From the sequence record ON528729: a stretch of 64,000 bases of DNA; one strand, given 5' to 3'. This document shows positions 9,265 to 19,175 of this stretch, piece after piece (the first letter of the stretch is position 1; each line of letters begins with the position of its first letter). The stretch is from Shigella phage ESh19. Under the pieces are notes generated by a model that searched no databases, was not told the DNA's origin, and was given only the letters and a program-made list of their open reading frames with translations. Position numbers and translations under genes: made by a program.

Positions 9265-11964
9265 ATGGACAATGTAGATTTCGAAAAATTACATTTGGTT
9301 GGTGATACAGAAACTGATGGGTTGCTCCTTGAGTTTACAAAAGCACACGTAATGGCTTTCGCAGACTATAAAGATGACAGTGATGAACCTGCTGTGTGGG
9401 TTTTCACTGATGAGCCTATTCTTGGTCACAAGTACACAAAATACATCAAAGGTGGTCTGCGTGAAGGTGTTGAGTTTGCACTGAAAGCTAAACGTCTTTG
9501 CATACATAATGGTTTAGGTTATGACTGGTGGGTGTTTAATCACATTGCACCTGACCTGTGGAACTTTGAGAATCCTAAGTGCAAGCCTTGGAGTGACTTC
9601 TTTCAGGATTCACTTATCCAATCTCGCGTACAGTGGATGGATAGACCTACACCAAAAGGTTACAAAGGTGCTCATGGTTTGGCTGCATGGGGTGCTCGTG
9701 TTGGTGTTCGTAAACCAGAGATTGAAGAGTGGGGTGTCTGGAATGCAGAGATTCTTACTCGTGTTGTAGAAGATATTAAGATTAACGCCAAAACTAAACG
9801 TGCTCTTGATAATGAGTACCTCAAGCTTAAGAAGTGTGGTGTTGACACTTATGAAACCTACATGCGAGCTAAAGAAACATCTTTCTGGATGAGTCAGCAA
9901 GCTATCAACGGTTGGAAAGCTGATGTAGAACTTATGCAGTTCCACGTTAAAGAGCTTGACAAGTTAACTAATGAGTTGGCTGCTGAGGTTGAACCACACC
10001 TTCCACCAACTATTAAGACAAAAGGTAAAGTCACAGGTGAAGAATTTGCCAAGTCTTGGAATGAGTATGTAGATACATTTGGTCACGTTGACGGTTTAAA
10101 AAGGATTACCAAGTACCCTAAGACAAAGTATCGTGAACAGATGCGTGAAGGTGAGTTGAAGCAGTACCCTATCAAGCCATATGGTAAGCCAACCACAAAG
10201 ATTTTTAATGTTGAGAAACGCAACTGCTACACTCCAACTAACACGGTCACAAAAGAAGAGTACCCTGAAGGTTTTGTAGCAATGAAAGATGCTCGTGCAG
10301 TTTGTAATGAACTGAATGAGAAGATTGGCAAGAAGTGTAAAGATTGGAAGCCAGTTAAGACTGTGAAAACTGTGAAGTACTACAACGTTCACGTTGTTAA
10401 TCACTTTGAGTTAGAGTCTAGTCGCTACACTGGTTTGATTGATGCACCATTCACACCAATTGAGTTTGAAGTTTCACGAATGACTCAGGTAGCTGTGGTG
10501 AAGGATTACTTAAAATCCGTTGGCTGGATTCCTGATGATTGGAACTATAAAAAAGATTCTGACGGTCGTCCTATCAAGGTTTGCAGGTTCAAAGACAACA
10601 AAAAGATGATTCGCAAACATCCTAAGTGGGATGAGATGGTTGAACGTTGTGGGTTGAACTATATTGAGCATGAAGGTGTCTACTACATCGAGCATAACTG
10701 GTCTGTTAAGAAGTACACAGATGTGCTTGAGCCTTGCTTGATTAGGACTTCACCAAAGCTTACAGAATCTTCTTATGATACAATCGAAGGTGAGCTTGGA
10801 CAGAAGATTGCGAAGTACTATACTTTGATGCACCGACGCAGGACTATCGAGAACTCAAAGGATGATGAGAAAGGTTGGCTGAACCAGATTCGTCCAGATG
10901 GTCGTTTGAGTGCAGGTGCAATGGTGTTTGGTACTTCTACTGGACGTATGACTCAGTATGGTATTGTGAACGTACCTTCTGGTGCTGCTGTGTACGGTGA
11001 GCCAATGAGGGCAGTGTGGATTTGTGAAGAGGGAACCAACGTAGTATCTGTTGATATGAACTCTGCACAGCTTGTACTACTCTGTAACTTCATGGGTGAT
11101 AAAGATTTCACCAAAGCGGTAACAGAGGGTAAAGAAGAGATTGAGTTTGTTCGTCAAGAGGATGGAAGATACTACTGTAAACACTTTGACCAGTATCTGA
11201 ATCCAGAGATTGACAAGTATCTGCGTTACGACTCTGAAAACGATTTGTACGTAGTTTACTCAGGGACTGATGCTCATACCCTGAACAGTATCTACTTCAG
11301 CCTTAATGATGAGCAAGATATCTTGACTTGTCGTGCTACTCAGGATGAGAATCTTCTTCATGAGATTAGCAAGGGACGTAAGAAAGCTAAGAATGGTATC
11401 TATGCCCTGTTGTTCGGTGCAGGTGATGAGAAGTTTGCTAAAACAATTAAAGCAGCAACTACTCAGGAAGGTGCATTGACTAAGCAGACTTACTTTGTGC
11501 GTTTACCGAAGATTAAGAAACTGTTAGACAACTTGGAAGCTGATTTCAAAGCAACTAAGAAAGCACTTGAAGAGGTGTTTGGTAAGACTGCTGCAATAGC
11601 TAAAGGTGGATTTGTTCAGGTTGCTGGGGCGTGGTTGTGGTGTAAATCTCCACACAAACTCTTGAACTATCTGTTGATGGGTTCAGAAGCACAAGTTCAG
11701 AATGAAGCAATCAACCTTGCTTGTCGTCGTATGATTGATGAAGGTTTGATGAAACTAAATGGTCGTAAGCCAGCTATCGGTGCTCGTTTACTTTGTGCTT
11801 ACCACGACGAAACAAGCTGGGAATGCCCAGAAAGCATGACAGCAGAAGTTAAGGCAGTAACTGACTGGTATTATGGTCAAGCTTCTAAAAACTTGGGACT
11901 GAAGAAGGATACTTTGGTAACGGGTACTGGTAAGGTTGGTAAATCGTGGCTTGAAGTCCACTAA
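9265..11964 (+). CDS. DNA polymerase, family A (Pol I-like) with 3'-5' exonuclease domain
   Basis: Exo I DTETDGL; motif A VSVDMNSAQL; motif C YHDE; 899 aa; RBS GAGGGAG. Confidence 0.85.
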   Translation: MDNVDFEKLHLVGDTETDGLLLEFTKAHVMAFADYKDDSDEPAVWVFTDEPILGHKYTKYIKGGLREGVEFALKAKRLCIHNGLGYDWWVFNHIAPDLWNFENPKCKPWSDFFQDSLIQSRVQWMDRPTPKGYKGAHGLAAWGARVGVRKPEIEEWGVWNAEILTRVVEDIKINAKTKRALDNEYLKLKKCGVDTYETYMRAKETSFWMSQQAINGWKADVELMQFHVKELDKLTNELAAEVEPHLPPTIKTKGKVTGEEFAKSWNEYVDTFGHVDGLKRITKYPKTKYREQMREGELKQYPIKPYGKPTTKIFNVEKRNCYTPTNTVTKEEYPEGFVAMKDARAVCNELNEKIGKKCKDWKPVKTVKTVKYYNVHVVNHFELESSRYTGLIDAPFTPIEFEVSRMTQVAVVKDYLKSVGWIPDDWNYKKDSDGRPIKVCRFKDNKKMIRKHPKWDEMVERCGLNYIEHEGVYYIEHNWSVKKYTDVLEPCLIRTSPKLTESSYDTIEGELGQKIAKYYTLMHRRRTIENSKDDEKGWLNQIRPDGRLSAGAMVFGTSTGRMTQYGIVNVPSGAAVYGEPMRAVWICEEGTNVVSVDMNSAQLVLLCNFMGDKDFTKAVTEGKEEIEFVRQEDGRYYCKHFDQYLNPEIDKYLRYDSENDLYVVYSGTDAHTLNSIYFSLNDEQDILTCRATQDENLLHEISKGRKKAKNGIYALLFGAGDEKFAKTIKAATTQEGALTKQTYFVRLPKIKKLLDNLEADFKATKKALEEVFGKTAAIAKGGFVQVAGAWLWCKSPHKLLNYLLMGSEAQVQNEAINLACRRMIDEGLMKLNGRKPAIGARLLCAYHDETSWECPESMTAEVKAVTDWYYGQASKNLGLKKDTLVTGTGKVGKSWLEVH

Positions 11965-12025
11965 TAGTGTTGACAAGGTGCTCATGGAAGAGTACCTTAT
12001 ACTATATATTATATAGGAGACTTGT

Positions 12026-12226
12026 ATGACTATTTCAGAAATTGAAGTTCAACTGCAATGTGCTGGATATTCTCAAAGTGAGATTGAGGCTATGTGCATC
12101 ATCATTTGCAGTAGCCATAAGCACCTCAAGCTTTCTAATGAAAATCTTAGCAAGGTTGATATTTTTATTGCTGGAGGTAAGATTATCAAGGATAAGACAG
12201 GATACCTTAAAGGTGAACGTCTATGA
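12026..12226 (+). CDS. hypothetical protein (66 aa)
   Basis: ORF track; RBS TAGGAGA. Confidence 0.45.
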   Translation: MTISEIEVQLQCAGYSQSEIEAMCIIICSSHKHLKLSNENLSKVDIFIAGGKIIKDKTGYLKGERL

Positions 12227-12432
12227 GCCATCGTGGAAGAACTCATCTCGCTATGATGCAAGGTGCTTCAAAAGAGACTATCAAGAATCGGAAGAAAACT
12301 CTTTTTGACAGAATGAATAGACTCATTGATAATGCGAGCCTACCTAACTCTGAAAAGGTTTTCTTGAAAGGGAATCTGAAGAGTATTGCACAGGAACTTA
12401 TTGACATTGAATTTTGGAGACACCAAAAATGA
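12223..12432 (+). CDS. hypothetical protein (69 aa)
   Basis: ORF track. Confidence 0.45.
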   Translation: MSHRGRTHLAMMQGASKETIKNRKKTLFDRMNRLIDNASLPNSEKVFLKGNLKSIAQELIDIEFWRHQK

Positions 12433-12680
12433 GCAATAAAGAGCAAGAAGCTTTAGCAATCTTCAAGAGCGAAGACAAATCAATAGCTTTTGTCTCAGAG
12501 GCTTGGTGCAGGGATTTGGGGTATGATTGGTATATCTTCTTATGCGCTAAGAAAGATGTTAAACCAGTTGATGAAACCCGATTCAAAGAACTGTATACTA
12601 TCTGCCAAGAGGGTTATGAAGAACATTACGAAGGTTCTTTGAATCCTGTAAATTCAAAAGCTTCAGATTTATTTTATTGA
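12429..12680 (+). CDS. hypothetical protein (83 aa)
   Basis: ORF track; start refined to ATG 12429 (ATGA overlap with previous stop, GGAGA upstream). Confidence 0.45.
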   Translation: MSNKEQEALAIFKSEDKSIAFVSEAWCRDLGYDWYIFLCAKKDVKPVDETRFKELYTICQEGYEEHYEGSLNPVNSKASDLFY

Positions 12681-12690
12681 GAGGTTTAAA

Positions 12691-12936
12691 ATGTTAAAAT
12701 TATTGATACCAGCTTTAGCAGTCCTACTGGTTGGGTGTAACCCTTCTTATGAGAATAAGGATGCTTCTTACAGACTTCCTCCAGAAATGCAAGACTGCAA
12801 GATTTATAAGCTTAATGGTGATGCCATTAGCAGGGATGTTATTGTAGTTCGCTGCCCAAATTCTCAGACGACAACTTCTTACAAGTATGGGAAGAATAGT
12901 CAGTCACACGCCACAGTTTTTGATGAGGGATATTGA
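12691..12936 (+). CDS. small lipoprotein (81 aa)
   Basis: Signal peptide ending in lipobox LLVGC (MLKLLIPALAVLLVGCNPS). Confidence 0.5.
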   Translation: MLKLLIPALAVLLVGCNPSYENKDASYRLPPEMQDCKIYKLNGDAISRDVIVVRCPNSQTTTSYKYGKNSQSHATVFDEGY

Positions 12937-12937
12937 T

Positions 12938-13144
12938 ATGCAGGTTCTGGTAAACTTTATCTATAAGTATGAAAACATCTTCAGCACTATGACTGTAGCT
13001 CAACGCAATCCAGTTATTCCCCGAGAAGGGGAGACTGTTGAGATTAATGATTGGAACTACAGAGTTGAAGAGGTCAAGCATAAACTTAAAGATGGTTATG
13101 ACCACCAAGTTGTAAATGTGTATTTAAAAGGTAAGTGGCAATGA
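12938..13144 (+). CDS. hypothetical protein (68 aa)
   Basis: ATG at 12938 immediately after previous stop. Confidence 0.4.
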   Translation: MQVLVNFIYKYENIFSTMTVAQRNPVIPREGETVEINDWNYRVEEVKHKLKDGYDHQVVNVYLKGKWQ

Positions 13145-13383
13145 GTAGAGAAGACCAGTTAATTGATATGCAAAATGACAAAAATGAGGCAATATCCATA
13201 ATCCCAATATTGTGGGGGCATGACTGCACATATGGTAACTATCTGTGTGTTTGTGAAGACCGAAACATTGAACCCGTAAGCCGTGATGAGTATCAAAAAC
13301 ACTTAAAGGCTCTTGACAATTACTTCACAGATAATAAATGCTCTCAGATTTCAAGTGAGGTCTTGCATGAAGATTTTTATTAA
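13141..13383 (+). CDS. hypothetical Cys-rich protein (80 aa)
   Basis: ORF track (start refined to ATG). Confidence 0.4.
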   Translation: MSREDQLIDMQNDKNEAISIIPILWGHDCTYGNYLCVCEDRNIEPVSRDEYQKHLKALDNYFTDNKCSQISSEVLHEDFY

Positions 13384-13464
13384 AGTTATTGATGAAGATT
13401 TTGGAGGGTGCTCTTGGCACTCATTTTTCACAAAAGGTTGTCTAGCTTGTGAGGCACGTAATAA

Positions 13465-14565
13465 ATGACAATTCTGTACAAACAAAACAAAGATGGTTCT
13501 TTCAACGTCTGGTCATGTGTTGCTGTAGGTGATAAAGTCGTCACAACTTATGGTAAAGAAAATGGCAAGATGATGTTTGAAGAGTACACAGCAGAACCTA
13601 AGAACATCGGTAAAAAGAATGAGCGTAATGCTGAACAGCAAGCTCTCTTTGAAGTTGCTGCTAAGTACAAGAAGCAGGTTGACCGTAAAGGATATGCTTA
13701 CACAAAATCTGAAGCAGAGAATGTTGAGAAGGTTGGTGTACAGCTTGCTCAGGATGCTTCCAAGATAAGTCACAAGAAGTATCTGGTATTCCCTGCCGAT
13801 GCTCAACCTAAACTTGATGGTGTTCGTTGCAGGATTTCAAGAGATGCTGACTCAGAAAGTTTTACGGCATATTCTCGTGAGAACACGGTATACAACATTC
13901 CTGTAGAGTTGATTCCTGATGTTCTTCTTATGCTGAAACTGCACAAAGATGTTGAGGATTTCGACGGGGAGATTTATGCTCATGGTTGGGACTTGGAAGA
14001 TATTGTATCTATGATTAAGAATGCTGACAATCCAGACCGTCACCTTCTTAAATTCTACTGGTATGATATCTGTGACAAGACTAAATCTTGGCCTGAGCGT
14101 CGTGAAGTTATTGATAATTCACCAATCGTTGAACTCGGTGATGCTTGCAGGGTTGTACCTGTTCAGACAATCCGTGTTAACTCTTGGGAAGAATTTGATA
14201 ATGCTCATGACAACTGGGTTAAACTCAAGTTTGAAGGGGCAATGTATCGGTCAATCTCACCAGATTCGTTCTATGAGTGTGGTCATCGCTCTTACTTCCT
14301 GATTAAGCACAAGAAGATGCACACACAGGAATTTAAAGTAACTGGTGTAAAGACTGATAAACGTGGTCATGGTAAGTTCGTTGTAGAGACTCTTCCTAAC
14401 GTCTTTGTAGATGTTTCATGGAAAACTACACACGAGAAGAAAAAGTATCTTGCTGAACATCCTGAAGAGTTTATCGGGAAGCCTTTAACGGTTCAGTTCC
14501 AGAAGATGACTCGTAAGGGTTCTTTACAGTTCCCTGTTGGGCTAGTAATTCGAGATTATGAATAG
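13465..14565 (+). CDS. ATP-dependent DNA ligase (T7-like size)
   Basis: Motif I PKLDGVRC (KxDGxR), motif IV EGAMYRS, motif V FLIKHKK; 366 aa. Confidence 0.7.
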   Translation: MTILYKQNKDGSFNVWSCVAVGDKVVTTYGKENGKMMFEEYTAEPKNIGKKNERNAEQQALFEVAAKYKKQVDRKGYAYTKSEAENVEKVGVQLAQDASKISHKKYLVFPADAQPKLDGVRCRISRDADSESFTAYSRENTVYNIPVELIPDVLLMLKLHKDVEDFDGEIYAHGWDLEDIVSMIKNADNPDRHLLKFYWYDICDKTKSWPERREVIDNSPIVELGDACRVVPVQTIRVNSWEEFDNAHDNWVKLKFEGAMYRSISPDSFYECGHRSYFLIKHKKMHTQEFKVTGVKTDKRGHGKFVVETLPNVFVDVSWKTTHEKKKYLAEHPEEFIGKPLTVQFQKMTRKGSLQFPVGLVIRDYE

Positions 14566-14573
14566 AGGTTAGT

Positions 14574-14723
14574 ATGTTTAGCACAATTATCCTGTTTGTT
14601 TTTGTTGTTTTATCATTATCTTACTTCATAAGTAAACTTTTAAGCATAACATACAAAGCAGCCTTAGCCCTTACTCTGTTGTCATTTGCAGTAAATGCAG
14701 CAGTTAGAATGTATTTAGTATAA
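14574..14723 (+). CDS. small hydrophobic membrane peptide (49 aa), not in ORF track
   Basis: ATG 14574 preceded by AGAGGT; translation MFSTIILFVFVVLSLSYFISKLL... Confidence 0.3.
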   Translation: MFSTIILFVFVVLSLSYFISKLLSITYKAALALTLLSFAVNAAVRMYLV

Positions 14724-14728
14724 AATTG

Positions 14729-14756
14729 TTGACATGAGTAACCTGACGGGTATACT
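14729..14756 (+). promoter_or_regulatory. sigma70-like promoter TTGACA-N16-TATACT
   Basis: Consensus -35 and near-consensus -10 upstream of 14807 gene. Confidence 0.55.
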
Positions 14757-14806
14757 ACCTATATAGAAAATTATATAGGAACCCGTCAGAAACCTCGGAG
14801 GTGTTT

Positions 14807-15187
14807 ATGAAAAAGTTACTTGTTGGTGTCATTGCTATTGGTATGAGTTTTAGTGCAGCAGCTATGAAGATGCCTGAAGCAAACTTTAATGGTGTTGCTT
14901 TAGAATCTTGTAAGATTGTACAGAAAATCGCTTCAAATGCTGGAGAGTTGACTAAACCGTTGTCTGCTCAGACTGTTCAAGAAATGACTGATAAGATGGT
15001 TGACTACAACTACCATTTTATGGGAGATTACTATGACAGATTAGCAGATGAGATGGTCACTCAGAACGTTGACCTTCTTGATAGCAAAGGTATTGAGACT
15101 GTAGAAGATGTGAAAGACAACTTTATGCGTGAGTCTTTCAAAGGTGTTCAATACTTTATTGAAAATCGTCACTGCATGGGTTTATAA
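14807..15187 (+). CDS. secreted/periplasmic protein with signal peptide (126 aa)
   Basis: MKKLLVGVIAIGMSFSAAAM signal peptide; RBS GGAGG 5 nt upstream of ATG 14807. Confidence 0.5.
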   Translation: MKKLLVGVIAIGMSFSAAAMKMPEANFNGVALESCKIVQKIASNAGELTKPLSAQTVQEMTDKMVDYNYHFMGDYYDRLADEMVTQNVDLLDSKGIETVEDVKDNFMRESFKGVQYFIENRHCMGL

Positions 15188-15189
15188 TC

Positions 15190-15393
15190 ATGAAGAAGAA
15201 CATCTGTAGAACAGACTATGGTGAAGTGGTCGATGATGACGGAGTAGTTATTTACAGAGTTTGGGCTAATGATTTTGCAACCGTTGTAGAGTCTTTAGAT
15301 AACTACATCAATGGGACTCGTGAAAACGTCAGAGCAACTAATCTTGATTCGTTAATAGACACTTCTCGAAAACGGAGAAAGAAAGATGAATGA
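15190..15393 (+). CDS. hypothetical protein (67 aa)
   Basis: ORF track. Confidence 0.4.
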   Translation: MKKNICRTDYGEVVDDDGVVIYRVWANDFATVVESLDNYINGTRENVRATNLDSLIDTSRKRRKKDE

Positions 15394-15685
15394 AGTCTTT
15401 GACCCATATGCACCTCAAGATTCTTGGGAGGCTGATAGAGAGGCTGAAATGGAGAGTTATGTCTGTCCAATGGATATAGAAGAGATGAAAGACTTTGTAT
15501 CTTTCAGATTCTCTAAAGAGATTGAGAAGCTAAAACTTTCTCAGGCTCAAGTAGCAACTGTTTGTGAAATCTCACAGAGTCGTGTGTCAAATATCATTAA
15601 CGACCCTCAAAAGATTTCTTTAGAGTACATGCTTAATGCTTGTACAAAACTTGGTGTAAATTTTAACTTAAGGCTGGCAGATTAA
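15386..15685 (+). CDS. helix-turn-helix (XRE-like) DNA-binding protein
   Basis: C-terminal LSQAQVATVCEISQSRVSNIIN resembles HTH_XRE. Confidence 0.4.
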   Translation: MNEVFDPYAPQDSWEADREAEMESYVCPMDIEEMKDFVSFRFSKEIEKLKLSQAQVATVCEISQSRVSNIINDPQKISLEYMLNACTKLGVNFNLRLAD

Positions 15686-15686
15686 T

Positions 15687-16046
15687 ATGAAACGTGAAAA
15701 TGCAATCTTTAACGATAACTTTGCAATTGGCTTCTATGGTAAACCAACTCCAGCAGAGAAACTTTATGGTAATGCAATTCTGGAGACCTTGAAAGAGGTT
15801 TACACAACTGGTGGTATGAAGCATACTGAAGCAAACCGTGTAAGAGGTTATATGGCAATTGGCTCTGCAATCTCTAACATCAAACTTGAAACTACAAGTG
15901 CTAAAAAGGTGCGAGACCACTTCATCAAAGAGTTGTCAGAGAACCTAGATGGTGTTGAAGTCAAGGCTGTCTGGTTAGATGTTGATGGTCACAACTACAC
16001 AACTTTTGTGTTTAAAAATGAGGATATCAAATGTCTCTTCCCTTAA
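15687..16046 (+). CDS. hypothetical protein (119 aa)
   Basis: ORF track. Confidence 0.45.
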   Translation: MKRENAIFNDNFAIGFYGKPTPAEKLYGNAILETLKEVYTTGGMKHTEANRVRGYMAIGSAISNIKLETTSAKKVRDHFIKELSENLDGVEVKAVWLDVDGHNYTTFVFKNEDIKCLFP

Positions 16047-16534
16047 AACTTGATTTATACTTTGGTTACAGTGTATTACAGGGTAGCATACTTTCACTAC
16101 CAAAGTCAGATTACCGTTGTGATTTAGGTTCTGTGAAACGTGCATCACACTTCAATAACAACATTTTAGGCTTGCAGACACTTCACAGGTGGCTTGAGGA
16201 AGATGGACGGTTGAATGAGTATCTTCACCAACTCGAACTAGCCAAAGAAGAAGGTCATATGGGCTATGAGATGCTTCCACATCTTTACAAACCTGTAAGC
16301 CCAAATGAGATTCGTTGGAATGAGCAAGCTGTTGAGAGCTATAATAAATTTAATATAACTATTGGCTCCAGAGCTTGGAAGGAGTATATGAAACTCCGTG
16401 AAATCATCATACAGACTATTGGAAAGCGTGTAGCAAAAGGTCTTGTTTATGATGAAAAGGTTGACTGGAATACACAAAAGTGTATAAAATTCTTCAAGTA
16501 CGATAATGACAAGGATACTTTTGTAGAGGTTTAA
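16031..16534 (+). CDS. hypothetical protein (167 aa)
   Basis: ORF track. Confidence 0.45.
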   Translation: MSLPLKLDLYFGYSVLQGSILSLPKSDYRCDLGSVKRASHFNNNILGLQTLHRWLEEDGRLNEYLHQLELAKEEGHMGYEMLPHLYKPVSPNEIRWNEQAVESYNKFNITIGSRAWKEYMKLREIIIQTIGKRVAKGLVYDEKVDWNTQKCIKFFKYDNDKDTFVEV

Positions 16535-16535
16535 C

Positions 16536-17051
16536 ATGAAAATTGGAATTACCCTTTGCCAGCCTGAAGCAGAGTTCTTGAAATCAATGTTGTCTGAGCA
16601 TATGAAAGCTACAAATCATACTGAGAAGGCATTCTTGATTGATACCAACTATGATGCAGGAACTATTGAGTTCATCGATGAAGACACTGCTGACTCTCTG
16701 TGTGTTCTCCCTGCTCATCTGTTCACTCCAGAATTACGTGATAGTCGCTCTATTGAAGTTAATATGGAGCCAAGTATTGAACTGTACTCAGATACACAGT
16801 ATCCAAGAAGTTTTAAAGCATTGCTAAACATCTTCATAGCTGATATTGTAGAAATTGTTAAACAAACTGAAGGTGGTCATGTAGTGACTGCTGAGTACGA
16901 ACAAGGTACTATTAAGTTGACAGGTGATTTTGGTTCTATGAGTTTCTTAGACTTTGTTCCAAAACACTTCGAAGATTTCTTGTCAAGTGAAGTTGATGAC
17001 CTTGACTTCATACTCAAATTTGAACGCACTTTTAAGGTAAACAAAAAATGA
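16536..17051 (+). CDS. hypothetical protein (171 aa)
   Basis: ORF track. Confidence 0.45.
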   Translation: MKIGITLCQPEAEFLKSMLSEHMKATNHTEKAFLIDTNYDAGTIEFIDEDTADSLCVLPAHLFTPELRDSRSIEVNMEPSIELYSDTQYPRSFKALLNIFIADIVEIVKQTEGGHVVTAEYEQGTIKLTGDFGSMSFLDFVPKHFEDFLSSEVDDLDFILKFERTFKVNKK

Positions 17052-17320
17052 AAATCTTAAGCGGAGTATCACAGTGTTACATGAATGATGGTGAGCCAGT
17101 TAAATGCTGCCATTGTGGAGGTGAGAACTTCCAAGGTGAAGTTTCAGAGATTGTCTCTGGCAATATCGCTGAAGAGTACACCCGTTGCTGTGGATGTGGA
17201 AAGATTTTATCTTTTTGGGCTTATGGAAGTTATGAACCACAACCTCACCTTATTTACCATCCAAACAGGATTGTGAAGCGTGTTCTGAATTGGTTCATTA
17301 TCAAAGGATTTACAAAATGA
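17048..17320 (+). CDS. zinc-ribbon protein (90 aa)
   Basis: CCHCGG ... CCGCGK Cys pairs. Confidence 0.45.
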   Translation: MKILSGVSQCYMNDGEPVKCCHCGGENFQGEVSEIVSGNIAEEYTRCCGCGKILSFWAYGSYEPQPHLIYHPNRIVKRVLNWFIIKGFTK

Positions 17321-17862
17321 TTAAGTTAATTTTTGCAAGTGGTATTAACGGGGAGTTTGGCACAGCTACTGGAATGCCTTGGCCTCGTAATAAACAAGAT
17401 ATGGCAGAGTTTAAGAAGCAGACTATTAACCAGTTAGTCTTGATGGGTAGCGAAACTTGGAAGACTCTTGGGAGCAAGCCTTTGCCAAACCGTGATAATA
17501 TTGTCTTGACAAACTCTCTTGACTTTTATGGTCTGGATTTTAAAGATGACTCTCATTGTAAAGCAAGAGTTAAGCCTGAAGCTTTTGGGGCTTTCCTGAA
17601 GTATATTGATAGTTCTATTGATGAAGATGTTTTAGTAATCGGTGGAGCCAATATCTTAATCTCAGCTTTGCCGTATGCTGACGTAGTTTTCCACAGTGTT
17701 ATTAAGGAAGTTACTGAAGAGGCTACTGTCAAGCTACCTTATGAGGGTTTCTTCCAGTACTTGTATGACACAGAGTTATTTGCTAAAGTACAGTCCAAAC
17801 CTTCAGAAGATAAGTCTGTGGTTTTTGATACCTATGTTCCACAAGTAAGAGGACGTTTCTAA
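17317..17862 (+). CDS. folA: dihydrofolate reductase
   Basis: DHFR signature (GMPWPRNKQDMAEFKKQT ... LVLMGSETWKTLGSKPLPNRDNIVLT); start refined to ATG 17317. Confidence 0.8.
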   Translation: MIKLIFASGINGEFGTATGMPWPRNKQDMAEFKKQTINQLVLMGSETWKTLGSKPLPNRDNIVLTNSLDFYGLDFKDDSHCKARVKPEAFGAFLKYIDSSIDEDVLVIGGANILISALPYADVVFHSVIKEVTEEATVKLPYEGFFQYLYDTELFAKVQSKPSEDKSVVFDTYVPQVRGRF

Positions 17863-17863
17863 T

Positions 17864-18763
17864 ATGTCACAAGCAGATGTAAGCTACAAAGCTATTTTAA
17901 ACCACGTTTTATCAGTTGGTGAGTTGCGTAATACCCGAACTGGCTCAGTGATTTCAACATTTGCTCCACCTGAGTTTCGTTTTGATATGCGTAGTGGATT
18001 TCCATTAATCACCTCAAAACAAACATTTATGCGTCAAGTTCTCGGTGAAGCATTATGGTTTATGAACGGAGAAAATCAACTAGGGCATTTGCGTTACAGA
18101 ACTTGGGGAGAGAACGACGGAGAGCGTTGGACTATCTGGACAGATGATTTTAAACGTTGGTTGAAAACAACCTATGCTACAGAGAATGATTGGCTGGAGG
18201 ACGCTGGAGGAAGAATCTACGGAGTCCAATGGAGAGCCTACGAAGGTCATGGTGGCGTTGTTGTAGACCAGTTGAGTAATCTTGTAGAGAAGATGAGAAA
18301 GTCTCCTACAGACCGTTACATGCTCGTTAACGCATGGAATGCAGCAGATATCTCAAGTAACTCTATGGCATTAGCACCTTGTCATGTACTTTTTCAGATT
18401 TATATCTCGAACACTAATGAGGTTGATTTGAAATGGTATCAGCGCTCTTGTGATACATTCTTAGGGTTACCGTTTAACATTGCTTCCTATGCCTTTATCT
18501 TGGAAGTGTTGTGTAAACTGACGGGATATACACCGCGATATCTGATAGGGACTTACGGTGATACTCAAATCTATCAGAACCATATGTCGCAGGTTTTTCA
18601 GCTTCTTGGCAATGAAGAGTTTCCAGCACCTAAGTTTGAAATTCATCAAGATTTGAAGTCTCTTGAAGACTTGAGACATATGACAGCAGATGACTTCCTA
18701 GGTGGGTTGAAAGGGTATAAACATGCTGGTAAGATTGAAGCTCCCTTGTCAGTAGGTAAGTAG
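17864..18763 (+). CDS. thyA: thymidylate synthase
   Basis: TS motifs RIYGVQWRAY, ALAPCH (catalytic Cys), LGLPFNIASYAF. Confidence 0.85.
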   Translation: MSQADVSYKAILNHVLSVGELRNTRTGSVISTFAPPEFRFDMRSGFPLITSKQTFMRQVLGEALWFMNGENQLGHLRYRTWGENDGERWTIWTDDFKRWLKTTYATENDWLEDAGGRIYGVQWRAYEGHGGVVVDQLSNLVEKMRKSPTDRYMLVNAWNAADISSNSMALAPCHVLFQIYISNTNEVDLKWYQRSCDTFLGLPFNIASYAFILEVLCKLTGYTPRYLIGTYGDTQIYQNHMSQVFQLLGNEEFPAPKFEIHQDLKSLEDLRHMTADDFLGGLKGYKHAGKIEAPLSVGK

Positions 18764-18766
18764 ATA

Positions 18767-18800
18767 CAAAAAAAGGCTCCTTTTTACGGGAGCCTTAGCA
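18767..18800. terminator. terminator hairpin between convergent genes (AAGGCTCC/GGAGCCTT, A/T runs both sides)
   Basis: 8-bp inverted repeat 18773-18796 flanked by A-run upstream and T-rich loop/downstream. Confidence 0.5.
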
Positions 18801-19175
18801 TTATTTCTTTTTAGCATTCTGTGTATTTTGTTCGGTAATTGCTTGTAAAGCTGATACAGACTGTGCTAAGTTGTTCACACTATCTGAGAATTTATCAAGG
18901 GTTTTGGTCAACTTAGCGTTCTCCCCTTTAACGTTCTCTAACTGCACTTTCTGGTTTTCCATCCCTAACTGAAGGAGTTTCATATCAGACTGTAAATCAC
19001 GAATAGCTGAATAGTTACCTTTTGAGTAACCATCCAACTGTTGTAACTTTGTGTTGATAGAAACTTCTTGCTTTCCATCAGAGACCTGCATCGTAGTGTA
19101 CATACCAATTACACTGAAAATACCTACAACGATTGCACCAATATTATTCTTAAAAGCATCTTCAAGCCACTTCAT
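18801..19175 (-). CDS. membrane-anchored coiled-coil protein (i-spanin-like?)
   Basis: N-terminal TM (IGAIVVGIFSVIGMY) followed by coiled-coil; adjacent to holin-like gene. Confidence 0.35.
   Translation of the reverse strand: MKWLEDAFKNNIGAIVVGIFSVIGMYTTMQVSDGKQEVSINTKLQQLDGYSKGNYSAIRDLQSDMKLLQLGMENQKVQLENVKGENAKLTKTLDKFSDSVNNLAQSVSALQAITEQNTQNAKKK

Noticed and set aside
17864-18763. Group I intron or intein interrupting thyA, polymerase or RNR
   Set aside because: thyA and the polymerase read as intact single ORFs with all motifs in order; only the first 72 codons of RNR are in the window, so nothing can be said beyond that.
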